Source: a virus
IMG/VR virus record: IMGVR_UViG_3300017779_000001
Strand: one strand, 5' to 3'
Length of the DNA: 64,000 bases
The notes beneath the pieces were generated by a model, which saw nothing but the letters and a program-made list of their open reading frames with translations, was not told where the DNA came from and made no database searches. Positions within the stretch are counted from its first letter, which is position 1. Each line of letters opens with the position of its first letter. The position numbers and the translations under genes were made by a program. Shown here piece by piece: positions 10,278 to 19,375 of the stretch.

Positions 10278-10902
10278 CGATATAGTTACACCTATCTGTG
10301 AATCAAAAGAAGATGGGAGTAAGGATTACTTCATTGAAGGGATTTTTATTCAGTCAGAGATTAAAAACAGAAATGGAAGAGTATATCCAAAAGAAGTAAT
10401 CAAAGAAGAAGTTGCACGTTACAATAAAGAGTTCGTACAGAAACAACGTGCATTCGGAGAGTTAGGTCATCCCGATGGCCCAACAATCAATTTGGACAAA
10501 GTGTCCCACTTAATTCAATCATTAGAAGAAGATGGTAACAATTATGTAGGACGTGCAAAAGTTTTATCTACACCAAACGGGCAAATCGTCAGAAACCTCA
10601 TTGATGACGGTGCTAAACTTGGTGTTTCATCTCGTGGTCTAGGTTCCCTAGAACAAAAGAATGGAGCTCAATACGTTAAAGATGACTTTCAATTAGCAAC
10701 AGCTGGAGACATTGTTGCTGACCCATCCGCTCCCGAGGCATTTGTCGAAGGGATAATGGAAGGTGTTGAATGGATTTTCGAAAACGGTGTACTAAAAGCA
10801 GTGGAAGCAGAAAAGATGAGAGACCAACTTATGTCTGCAAAACTGAATAAATTAGAGGAAACAAAGTTAATTATATGGAAAAAGTTTGTTGAAAGTTTGT
10901 AA
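10255..10902 (+). CDS. gp21: prohead protease gp21
   Basis: NRNGRVYP, GELGHP, GVSSRGLGS, DIVADPSAP.AFV. Confidence 0.97.
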   Translation: MKLISEFNDIVTPICESKEDGSKDYFIEGIFIQSEIKNRNGRVYPKEVIKEEVARYNKEFVQKQRAFGELGHPDGPTINLDKVSHLIQSLEEDGNNYVGRAKVLSTPNGQIVRNLIDDGAKLGVSSRGLGSLEQKNGAQYVKDDFQLATAGDIVADPSAPEAFVEGIMEGVEWIFENGVLKAVEAEKMRDQLMSAKLNKLEETKLIIWKKFVESL

Positions 10903-10949
10903 GATATAAATAATATAAATACAATAAACAGACCATAACAGGAGAAATT

Positions 10950-12326
10950 ATGTCTAACTTAGAAAAAATGATAGCAGAGGAGATGAAAAAAGACAGTTCT
11001 GCACCTGTGGCGAAAGCCGAGAAGGGTGATGCAAAACCAGTCAAACAAGGTTCATCAGACGCTGCTGTAATTGGTTCAGGTAAGGGCGAGATTGTTAAGC
11101 CTGAAGAAAATCCTGTTGACAAAGCTGTTAAATCCGTAAAAGGTGCTGAGGCTGGGTCAAAGGAAATTTCAGGAGACCCACAACAGAAGGGTGAAGCACC
11201 TGCCGAAAAACCAGTTCAATTAAAGAAAGTAAAAGAAGAAGAAGATTCTGAAGAGTCAAAACCTTCAAAAATGGAAATGATTAAGTCTATGGTTTCATCA
11301 ATGAAATCAATGGATAAAGAAAAACTCATGGCAATGTATATGAAGTCATCTAAAGATATGGAAGAAGAAGTCGAAGTATCTGAAGATTCTACTAAAGCAG
11401 AAATTGCTAGAGCATTCGTTGAAATGATGAAGAAGAAAGACGAAGATGACGTAGAAGAGTCATTCAACTCTTTATTTGTCGAAGAAGAAGACAAAGAAGA
11501 AGAGGACGAAGACGAAGATGAAGATGAGAAAAAAGAATCAACTAAGAAAGAAGAAGTCGAAGTTGAATCATCTCTCGTAGACATCGAAGTCGATGAAGAC
11601 CTAGCTGCAATATCTGAATCTCTAGAACTTTCTGAAGAGAATACAGAAAAAGCAAAAACAATTTTCAAAGCTGCAATCAACTCGAAGGCAGCAGAAATCA
11701 ACGAACAACTCAAGTCTCAATACGAGCAAGAGTTGAAAACCACGGTTGATTCCGTCAAATCTGATTTGACTGAAGCAGTTGATAAGTACCTTTCATATGT
11801 CGCTGAAGAGTGGGCATCTGAAAATGAACTTGCAATTGAACGTGGACTAAGAGCGGAAATGACTGAAAACTTTATCGAAGGTCTGAAAACATTGTTCACT
11901 GAACATTATGTTGACGTACCTGAAGACAAGTATAACGTTATTGACGAACTTGCAAATAAACTCGATGACATGGAACTAAAACTCGATGCAGAAGTATCTA
12001 AGAATATGGATATTTCAGAAGAGATGGATTCATTAAAACGAGCTAACGTGGTCAGAGAAACTAGTGATAGTCTATCCGATTCACAAGCTGAAAAACTATC
12101 TGCATTAGCAGAAGGTGTAGACTTCAAAAGCATCGAAGACTTTAGTGATAAAGTTAACGAGTTGAAAGAAGCTTACTTCCCTGCTACTGAAACAGAAAGT
12201 ATTTCAGAAGAAACCCTAGAAGTAGAAGGTATGGGTACTCTTGAAGAGGAATCTTCAGAACCAGTACTTGACCCTTCAATGTCTAGATATGCTAGCGCAT
12301 TAAGTAAACTAAAACCATTAGGTTAA
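10950..12326 (+). CDS. gp22: prohead scaffold gp22
   Basis: Acidic coiled coil, VDKYL.YV.EEW..ENELAIE.GL; synteny. Confidence 0.92.
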   Translation: MSNLEKMIAEEMKKDSSAPVAKAEKGDAKPVKQGSSDAAVIGSGKGEIVKPEENPVDKAVKSVKGAEAGSKEISGDPQQKGEAPAEKPVQLKKVKEEEDSEESKPSKMEMIKSMVSSMKSMDKEKLMAMYMKSSKDMEEEVEVSEDSTKAEIARAFVEMMKKKDEDDVEESFNSLFVEEEDKEEEDEDEDEDEKKESTKKEEVEVESSLVDIEVDEDLAAISESLELSEENTEKAKTIFKAAINSKAAEINEQLKSQYEQELKTTVDSVKSDLTEAVDKYLSYVAEEWASENELAIERGLRAEMTENFIEGLKTLFTEHYVDVPEDKYNVIDELANKLDDMELKLDAEVSKNMDISEEMDSLKRANVVRETSDSLSDSQAEKLSALAEGVDFKSIEDFSDKVNELKEAYFPATETESISEETLEVEGMGTLEEESSEPVLDPSMSRYASALSKLKPLG

Positions 12327-12345
12327 TTTCAAGGAGAAATAAAAA

Positions 12346-13656
12346 ATGTTCTTATCAGAAGATTTACAAAAGAAATGGGAACCTATCTTAGAGCATTCCG
12401 ATTTACCAAAAATCGAGGATAACTACAAGAGAGCAGTCACAGCTGTTATCTTGGAGAACCAAGAGAATGCACTTAACGAAGATAGAGCAACCTTATCAGA
12501 AGCAGCTCCATTGAATGCAACTGGTTCAAGTGCAATTAGCAACTGGGAGCCAATCCTTATATCATTGGTTAGAAGAGCAATGCCAAATCTCGTAGCTTAC
12601 GACATTTGCGGTGTTCAACCAATGACTGGCCCGACAGGTCTTATCTTCGCTATGAAAGCAAGATATAACGACTATCCATCAGTGGGTAGAGAGGGTAAAT
12701 CAGAAGCATTAGGAATCAACGAACCCGTTTCATCATATTCAAGTGCAGCACAATCATCAGCAGCAGGCGCACAGCAAGCTGCAATCGGTGACCCATTTGA
12801 TACATCATCACCATCATACGAATCAACAACTGGTTCAGGAATGTCTACAGCAACAGCTGAAGCATTAGGTGATAGTTCATCAAATAGTTTTGCAGAAATG
12901 TCTTTCACAATTGAGAAAGCAACTGTTACTGCGAAATCAAGAGCACTTAAAGCTGAATACACATTAGAATTAGCACAAGACCTTAAAGCAATTCATGGTC
13001 TTGACGCTGAGTCAGAACTTGCTAACATTCTTTCATCAGAAATTTTAGCAGAAATTAATAGAGAAGTTGTAAGAAGTGTTAACCTTCAAGCAAAAACTGG
13101 AGCAGAAGATACTGCATCAGCCGGTACATTCAACCTAGACGTTGATGCTAACGGAAGATGGTCAGTAGAGAAGTTCAAAGGTCTATTATTCCAAATCGAA
13201 AGAGAATCAAACAAGATTGCTAAAGAATCAAGAAGAGGTAAAGGTAACTTTATCCTATGTTCTTCAGACGTAGCATCTGCTCTTTCTATGGCAGGAGTAT
13301 TAGATTATGCACCAGCTTTAGCAACTAACTTAAACGTAGACGACACAGGTAATACATTTGCTGGTGTTCTTAACGGAAGAGTAAAGGTCTATATAGACCC
13401 TTATGCATCTGTTAACTACCTAACAGTTGGTTACAGAGGTTCAAACCCATACGACGCAGGTATGTTCTATTGCCCTTACGTTCCATTACAAATGGTACGT
13501 GCAGTTGGTGAGAACACATTCCAACCAAAAATCGGTTTCAAAACTAGATATGGAATGATTTCAAATCCATTCGTAGGTGATACACCTTCAAGTGGTCTTG
13601 CATCAAATGGTTCTAACTTCTACTATAGAAAAATGGCTGTAAGCAATATTCTATAA
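12346..13656 (+). CDS. gp23: major capsid protein gp23
   Basis: LVRRAMPNL.AYDICGVQPMTGPTGLIFAM, KSRALKAEY..ELAQDLKAIHGLDAE, FQPKIGFKTRYG. Confidence 0.98.
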   Translation: MFLSEDLQKKWEPILEHSDLPKIEDNYKRAVTAVILENQENALNEDRATLSEAAPLNATGSSAISNWEPILISLVRRAMPNLVAYDICGVQPMTGPTGLIFAMKARYNDYPSVGREGKSEALGINEPVSSYSSAAQSSAAGAQQAAIGDPFDTSSPSYESTTGSGMSTATAEALGDSSSNSFAEMSFTIEKATVTAKSRALKAEYTLELAQDLKAIHGLDAESELANILSSEILAEINREVVRSVNLQAKTGAEDTASAGTFNLDVDANGRWSVEKFKGLLFQIERESNKIAKESRRGKGNFILCSSDVASALSMAGVLDYAPALATNLNVDDTGNTFAGVLNGRVKVYIDPYASVNYLTVGYRGSNPYDAGMFYCPYVPLQMVRAVGENTFQPKIGFKTRYGMISNPFVGDTPSSGLASNGSNFYYRKMAVSNIL

Positions 13657-13675
13657 TTAAAAGTTTAGACTTTTT

Positions 13676-13703
13676 AAAAGGACTCTTCGGAGTCCTTTTT
13701 TTT
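13676..13703. terminator. bidirectional rho-independent terminator
   Basis: AAAAGGACTC-TTCG-GAGTCCTTTTTTTT: UUCG loop, with T-tracts on both strands. Confidence 0.9.
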
Positions 13704-13992
13704 GTTTAGTGACTCTAATCGTTCAATGTCTTGGGGATTAACCCAATTCTTTACACCGTGTCCTTCTAGTGAGGCCTTACCCCAATTTTATCTAGGTCAA
13801 TAGGTAGTGACCATAAAGAAATTCGTTTACCATACTTTCCCAATTCGTCAAAAATTTCAAGTACTTCTCTGTTCGGATTCTATCCACACCTCACGATTAT
13901 ATGCCACGTCTTAATTGACTTTAACAGTGTGAACACCTTTTCTATACGGAACAACCTCTCACAACCAACTTACTTCCGTCTCGATTTCCTAC
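13704..13992 (-). ncRNA. candidate ~290-nt structured non-coding RNA
   Basis: Lies between a minus-strand sigma70 promoter and the gp23 terminator; no ORF over 40 aa; several predicted helices. Confidence 0.5.
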
Positions 13993-13998
13993 TTTACT

Positions 13999-14028
13999 AG
14001 TATACCAAAAAGTTAGGTACATTGTCAA
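13999..14028 (-). promoter_or_regulatory. sigma70-type early promoter (minus strand)
   Basis: TTGACA-atgtacctaactttttgg(18)-TATACT; spacer resembles the four early promoters at 25-29 kb. Confidence 0.8.
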
Positions 14029-14086
14029 CCTAAATACAAGGTAAAGAATAATCTTTACATTACACATACACACACAGGAGAAAAAT

Positions 14087-14305
14087 ATGAGTAATTCAGG
14101 AAAATCGGGGTTCGAAATCAGAGCCGACTTATTATCACAAGCAGAAGGACTATTGTCTCTTAATTATCAGAGGGAGGTTGACGCTATCTATATGCATAAC
14201 GAAAACAATCCTAATAATAAGAAACCTTTACCACTAAGAGAAATCACTGGTGAAGAAGTTATACAAACTGCAAGAATGTTAAATGAGTTTGTAACCGAGA
14301 AGTAA
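14087..14305 (+). CDS. hypothetical protein
   Basis: AGGAG RBS; KSGFEIRADLL.QA N-terminus. Confidence 0.7.
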   Translation: MSNSGKSGFEIRADLLSQAEGLLSLNYQREVDAIYMHNENNPNNKKPLPLREITGEEVIQTARMLNEFVTEK

Positions 14306-14319
14306 CTATAAATACTACT

Positions 14320-14556
14320 ATGGACAAATACAAAAAACAAGTTACTATTAGTGAAGGGCCGTTCGAAAGAATTGGATTTCCTAATGGAGTTGAAACCAAA
14401 AATGTTTTATCTAGACAGATGAAAACAATCTATGTTCAAGATGGATATTTGTGTGAGTCTATAGTAGACCGTGAATACAGAGATGGTGACTATCATGACA
14501 CCACAAAGAACATTAGGGTAATCAAACTAAATGACAATAAACACATCAGTTCTTAA
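14320..14556 (+). CDS. hypothetical protein
   Basis: ORF 5 nt after TATAAATA at 14307. Confidence 0.65.
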   Translation: MDKYKKQVTISEGPFERIGFPNGVETKNVLSRQMKTIYVQDGYLCESIVDREYRDGDYHDTTKNIRVIKLNDNKHISS

Positions 14557-15058
14557 TCGAAATAATTTTCGATTTCTAATCGACAGAATTCCAAACGTGG
14601 AATACTTTTGTAGGACTGTACAATTACCAGGCTTGTCATTCACAGAAACAATACAAGCTGCTGGGGTTGGATTAGATGCATATTTTCCAGGCGACAAGTT
14701 AGAATTCGAAACACTTCAAGTGCAATTCTTAGTCGATGAGGATATGGCAAACTTCACTGAGTTGTATAACTGGATGACATCTATCGTCCCGTTAGACCCA
14801 AAGAACTATAACCCAGCAAAATCTGCTGAGACCGATACACTTAATCGTTACACTTCAAATGAATTCTTAAATGAAATATCGGATGCATCATTAGTTGTAA
14901 ACACAAACAAAAATGTTGCAAATAAGTTTATCAGATTTCATGACATATTCCCTACATCTTTAAGTGGTGTAGAGTTCCAATCAGGTGCAGATGGTGAAGC
15001 TGTAGTATGTGATGTAACCTTTAGAATAGGTAGATATACCATAGAAACAAAGTCATAA
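14531..15058 (+). CDS. gp3: tail tube terminator gp3
   Basis: F.F.I.RIP.VEYFC..V.LPG, PGDKL.F..L.V.FLVDEDM.NF.ELYNW, FP.SLS. Confidence 0.85.
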   Translation: MTINTSVLNRNNFRFLIDRIPNVEYFCRTVQLPGLSFTETIQAAGVGLDAYFPGDKLEFETLQVQFLVDEDMANFTELYNWMTSIVPLDPKNYNPAKSAETDTLNRYTSNEFLNEISDASLVVNTNKNVANKFIRFHDIFPTSLSGVEFQSGADGEAVVCDVTFRIGRYTIETKS

Positions 15059-15098
15059 ATACCTATACAAAATACACCTTTTAGGGTATAATTATATT

Positions 15099-15542
15099 AT
15101 GAATCTAGAACAATTAAAAGAAGAATGGAACAAAGATACTCAGATTGATGACATCGAATTAGATAAATCAAGTCTTGAGATTCCCAAACTTCATGCAAAA
15201 TACTCAAGTCTGTTATCAGACAAACTAATTACACTTAAGAAAATACAATTCGAATTATCCAAAATTACCAAACTGAAATGGTTATGGTACAGTGGTAAAC
15301 TTTCACAAGAAGAAATAAAAACATTGGGATGGGAAAATGACCCATTCGATGGTCTTAAAGTAATGAAGTCAGACTACAACTATTACTTCAATGCAGATGA
15401 GGATATTCAAAACTTGAATGGTAAAATCGAATACCTAAACGTCTGTATACAATTCTTACAAAAGTGTATGGAGAACATCACTTGGAGACACCAAACAATC
15501 AAGAACACGATTGATTGGAGAAAATTTATGGCAGGTCAATAA
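15099..15542 (+). CDS. uvsY: recombination mediator UvsY
   Basis: D.QIDD.ELD..SL.IPKLH.KY, W.WYSGK, IKN.IDWRKF. Confidence 0.9.
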   Translation: MNLEQLKEEWNKDTQIDDIELDKSSLEIPKLHAKYSSLLSDKLITLKKIQFELSKITKLKWLWYSGKLSQEEIKTLGWENDPFDGLKVMKSDYNYYFNADEDIQNLNGKIEYLNVCIQFLQKCMENITWRHQTIKNTIDWRKFMAGQ

Positions 15543-15543
15543 A

Positions 15544-16218
15544 ATGATTTTAGAAAACAATTGTATCATCTTAAATGAATACTTAACACCCGAAGAAGTT
15601 GCAAGAATACATGCATCTTCTGATACTATTCCATGGGATGAGGGAAGAACAGGTGGTAATCAAGATGACCCCGATGCATCAGGAGAAACAGAAGATGAAC
15701 ATGGGTTAAACGAAGACTTGAGAGTATCTCAAATTAAGTGGTTCGACAGAGACCATTTCATTCCACAAGATATAAACAACAAAATTATTGAAGGATTACA
15801 GATTGCAAATCAAAATGCAGATTGGAATGTGAATATAGATTATTTCGAAAACTTCCAATACACATCGTACACTGCAGATAGAGGTAAGCCTGGATTCTAC
15901 ACATGGCACACAGACCATGGTGGAATGAAAAATCAAGATGGTACTATAAGAAAATTATCAATTACCATACAACTAACAGAACCCGATGAATATAACGGTG
16001 GTCATTTTCAATGGTTAGAACCTGTGAATGAATTCAATCAGTTGACAAATGAGAGGGTAGTTGATGTACATAAGATGATACATACTGCACCTTTCAGTGC
16101 AAAGGCAATAGGTACTATGATTGTATTTCCATCATTTGTATACCACCAAGTAACACCAGTAACCATGGGGACAAGAACTTCTTTAGTAGGGTGGGCATGT
16201 GGACAACCATATGTGTAA
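15544..16218 (+). CDS. 2OG-Fe(II) oxygenase (PKHD-type)
   Basis: FY.WHTD, RKLS.TIQL..P.EY.GG, FPSFVYH.VTPV..G.R.SLVGW..G. Confidence 0.9.
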   Translation: MILENNCIILNEYLTPEEVARIHASSDTIPWDEGRTGGNQDDPDASGETEDEHGLNEDLRVSQIKWFDRDHFIPQDINNKIIEGLQIANQNADWNVNIDYFENFQYTSYTADRGKPGFYTWHTDHGGMKNQDGTIRKLSITIQLTEPDEYNGGHFQWLEPVNEFNQLTNERVVDVHKMIHTAPFSAKAIGTMIVFPSFVYHQVTPVTMGTRTSLVGWACGQPYV

Positions 16219-16221
16219 TTC

Positions 16222-17619
16222 ATGGTCGTATCAGCAAAACTAGACGAAGTATATCTACAAGTATCTTGTGAACCATCCATTGCAAAGGAACTTCATCAGT
16301 TCTTTTCATTCAACGTCCCTAATGCAAAGTTCATGCCATCATATAAAAACAAATGGTGGGATGGGAAGATATACTTATTTTCAATCAAGACAGGTAAACT
16401 CTACCTAGGACTTCATAAATACTTAGAATTATTCTGTGAGGAGAGAGGGTATGCTTACAAAACTGATATTCGAAAGTCTAAGGAGACGACAAAGGAGGTT
16501 CTTGAGAAACACATCAGTTCTCTTAACGTTCCTTTTAGTCCTCGTGATTATCAATTCGATTCTGTTCTAGACTGTATAAACTCAGAACGTAAACTACTAG
16601 TATCACCAACTGCAAGTGGTAAGTCATTCATCATCTATCTATTACATAGATGGTATCAAAAAAAATCATTAATCATAGTACCAACAACATCTCTAGTAGA
16701 ACAGATGACTAAAGATTTTGCAGACTATGGTTTCAAAGAAAAAATTTGTAAGGTCTATAGTGGTCAAGATATTTTTGAATCAAATGTAACTATTACTACA
16801 TGGCAGTCATTGAGTAGATTACCAAAAGAATATTACAATACATTTGATGTGGTTTTCGGAGATGAAGCTCATTTATTTAAAGCTAATGTTCTGAAGGGTA
16901 TCCTTGAAAAGATGAAAAATGTAAAGTACAGATTCGGTACTACAGGTACACTTGATGGTTCAGAGGTACATAAGTTACAACTAGAAGGATTGTTTGGTGA
17001 AGCAAAGAAGGTTATCAGTACTGATGAATTAATGCAGAAAGGTACCGTTGCAAAGTTAGAGATAGATTGTCTGATACTTAAACATCCAAAACAAAAGAAG
17101 ATGAAGTATCAAGACGAAATGGATTACATTGTTTCCAATCAGAAGAGAAATGAGTTCTTATGTAATTTAGTGTTCAGTCTGAAAGGGAACACACTAGTGT
17201 TATTTCAATATGTAGAAAAACACGGACAAGTTTTATATCCTATGTTAGATAAACGGGTGAAGAACTTACACTATGTTTACGGTGGTACAGATGCAGTAGA
17301 CCGTGAAGAAGTCAGAGAGAAAGTAGAGAAAAGTAATAACAGTGTAATACTTGCATCATACGGTGTCTTCTCTACAGGGGTCAATATTAAAAAGATAAAT
17401 AATATTGTATTTGCAAGTCCTACTAAATCAAGGATTAGAAATCTACAGTCTATAGGACGTGGTCTTAGAGTGTCAGATGATAAGAAGGACTTGAAACTTT
17501 TTGACATTGCAGATGATTTACAATGTGAGAATTATACACTTAACCACTTGAAAGAAAGAATAAATATCTATAACGAGGAGAAATTTGTATACAACATGCA
17601 TACAATTAACTTAAAGTAA
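16222..17619 (+). CDS. uvsW: helicase UvsW
   Basis: WDGKI.LF, SPTASGKS, GDEAH, QSIGRGLR. Confidence 0.95.
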   Translation: MVVSAKLDEVYLQVSCEPSIAKELHQFFSFNVPNAKFMPSYKNKWWDGKIYLFSIKTGKLYLGLHKYLELFCEERGYAYKTDIRKSKETTKEVLEKHISSLNVPFSPRDYQFDSVLDCINSERKLLVSPTASGKSFIIYLLHRWYQKKSLIIVPTTSLVEQMTKDFADYGFKEKICKVYSGQDIFESNVTITTWQSLSRLPKEYYNTFDVVFGDEAHLFKANVLKGILEKMKNVKYRFGTTGTLDGSEVHKLQLEGLFGEAKKVISTDELMQKGTVAKLEIDCLILKHPKQKKMKYQDEMDYIVSNQKRNEFLCNLVFSLKGNTLVLFQYVEKHGQVLYPMLDKRVKNLHYVYGGTDAVDREEVREKVEKSNNSVILASYGVFSTGVNIKKINNIVFASPTKSRIRNLQSIGRGLRVSDDKKDLKLFDIADDLQCENYTLNHLKERINIYNEEKFVYNMHTINLK

Positions 17620-18104
17620 TGGTATCACCAAAAGACTTAATTAAAACACCCGAAAAATATCAAGTTGTAAAACTTAAAAACGGACTAGAAATAGTAGGTA
17701 TGACTGTGGATAAGGGAGACAGTATTAGTGTTACACTTCCTATGCATTGTTCACTGTTACCTTCTAAGTATCAACAGGGTCATACGGTGTGTCAATTTTA
17801 TCCTTACATCCCTATGACTGATGAACCAGTCGTATCAATTGAAAAAGAAACAATCATGGCAACGGTATCTCTTGCAAAACAATACATTCCTATGTATGAC
17901 CAAGCATGTGTGAGATGGAGTAATTGGGTAGAGACCGAAACTATTCCAGTCATCGATAGAGAACCCGTGGACAGTAGAAGTATTCATGACCGCGTCTCAT
18001 CACTCATGGAAGAAATGCAAGCTAGTGGTGAATACGATGACATATTAGATGAAGAGTTCGATGATTTCGATGTCGAAGATGTGTCCAAAAAAATAATACA
18101 TTAA
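17619..18104 (+). CDS. hypothetical protein, conserved position after uvsW
   Basis: VVKLKNG.EIVG N-terminus (Sm-like pattern); translationally coupled. Confidence 0.65.
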   Translation: MVSPKDLIKTPEKYQVVKLKNGLEIVGMTVDKGDSISVTLPMHCSLLPSKYQQGHTVCQFYPYIPMTDEPVVSIEKETIMATVSLAKQYIPMYDQACVRWSNWVETETIPVIDREPVDSRSIHDRVSSLMEEMQASGEYDDILDEEFDDFDVEDVSKKIIH

Positions 18105-18198
18105 TTTAATAAAATCAATATCTTAGGTTTTCTATTTGTCTAAATATGGGTGTAATAACCCTACCCTATATTAAATTATCACTGGAACCTATATTATA

Positions 18199-18324
18199 AT
18201 GACTGAATTAATTAAAAGAAAAATCCGTAAAATCGATACGCAAGACGTAGATAACTTCTTTGAGATGCTTTTGCTCTCTGTTATCTTTGCAGTTTGTGTA
18301 TTAGCTATTGCACCCATCGTATAA
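18199..18324 (+). CDS. 41-aa single-TM peptide (not in ORF track)
   Basis: MTELIKRKIRKIDTQDVDNFFEMLLLSVIFAVCVLAIAPIV; stop abuts the next ATG. Confidence 0.55.
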   Translation: MTELIKRKIRKIDTQDVDNFFEMLLLSVIFAVCVLAIAPIV

Positions 18325-18519
18325 ATGCAACTTCCCCTACCCCTAAATAAATGTAGAGATGCTACTCCTAAGGAAGTAGAGGAATGGAGAGAAAAGGATT
18401 TCTTTTCCAAAGGTGATTTCGATGTGATGAAAGTTTTCGTATTATTCCCTTCCCTCATCCAACTTTTTATGTTAGGATTAATGTTAGTTATCTTCTTTAT
18501 AAATGGTAAAACTTTTTAA
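18325..18519 (+). CDS. 64-aa single-TM protein
   Basis: C-terminal hydrophobic helix; coupled to neighbours. Confidence 0.6.
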   Translation: MQLPLPLNKCRDATPKEVEEWREKDFFSKGDFDVMKVFVLFPSLIQLFMLGLMLVIFFINGKTF

Positions 18520-18670
18520 AACAACAATTCGATTATTGATGGGTCTTGGAAAAGAGACAGAATATGAATTCACACCCAATGAAGTATTTCTATTCAGTTT
18601 ATTTTTGGGAACATCATTTATGAGTATAATTGTATGTCTAATTCTTCTAGTAAATAATCTCTTTTTATAA
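18503..18670 (+). CDS. 55-aa membrane peptide (DUF2970-like pattern; not in ORF track)
   Basis: MVKLFKTTIRLLMGLGKETEYEFTPNEVFLFSLFLGTSFMSIIVCLILLVNNLFL. Confidence 0.5.
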   Translation: MVKLFKTTIRLLMGLGKETEYEFTPNEVFLFSLFLGTSFMSIIVCLILLVNNLFL

Positions 18671-18699
18671 TACTAAGAGTCTCCTTGTGGGACATAATT

Positions 18700-18728
18700 A
18701 TGATATCATGAGATTTTGATACTGTCAA
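18700..18728 (-). promoter_or_regulatory. minus-strand sigma70-like promoter
   Basis: TTGACA-17-TATCAT on the reverse strand, divergent from the gp55 promoter. Confidence 0.55.
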
Positions 18729-18808
18729 TAGACTTTTTAAAATAAATTAAATTAAAAAAACTTCAAAAACCTCTAGACACAGAGACAAATATACAGTATT
18801 ATAGTTAC

Positions 18809-19375
18809 ATGACTACTAAAACTAAAGCACAACAACAAGAACACTATGTGAATAACAAAGAGTTCACAGCAGCTGTTACTGAGTACAATCAACAAGTTAA
18901 AGAAGCTCTAGACAGAGAAGAAGAAAAACCTCAAATGTCAGAATACATTGGTGAATGCATCTATAAGATTGCAACCCGTCTATCGACACGTCCAAACTTT
19001 ATCAACTATACCTATAGAGATGAAATGATTTGTGATGCAATTGAGAACTGTCTACAGTACATCAACAATTTCAATCCCGAAAAATCCAGTAATGCATTTG
19101 CATACATTACACAGATATGTTACTATGCATTCTTAAGACGTATACAAAAAGAAAAGAAACAAGTATACATCAAACAGAAAACAATTGAGAAAGTAGGAAT
19201 CGAGGGGAGTGGATTTACCACAATCGATGGTCAACACGACCCTTCACTCGTCAATACTAATATCGAATGGATGCAAGAAAATATGAATCCAGTCGACTAC
19301 AAACCTAGAAAAGACAAAAAAACAACAACAACCAAAAAGAAAACTAAAAACAACCTAGATAAATTTACAGAATGA
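18809..19375 (+). CDS. gp55: late sigma factor gp55
   Basis: HYVNNKEF, RPNFINYTYRDEMICDAIENC, NAFAYITQI.YYAFLRRI.KEKKQ. Confidence 0.97.
   Translation: MTTKTKAQQQEHYVNNKEFTAAVTEYNQQVKEALDREEEKPQMSEYIGECIYKIATRLSTRPNFINYTYRDEMICDAIENCLQYINNFNPEKSSNAFAYITQICYYAFLRRIQKEKKQVYIKQKTIEKVGIEGSGFTTIDGQHDPSLVNTNIEWMQENMNPVDYKPRKDKKTTTTKKKTKNNLDKFTE

Noticed and set aside
11440-11570. GAA/GAC-rich low-complexity tract
   Set aside because: Encodes the acidic segment of the gp22 scaffold.
13704-13992. tmRNA, RNase P RNA or amber-recoded ORF
   Set aside because: No tRNA-like ends or tag peptide and no recognisable RNase P core. TAG is an ordinary stop elsewhere and no suppressor tRNA is seen.
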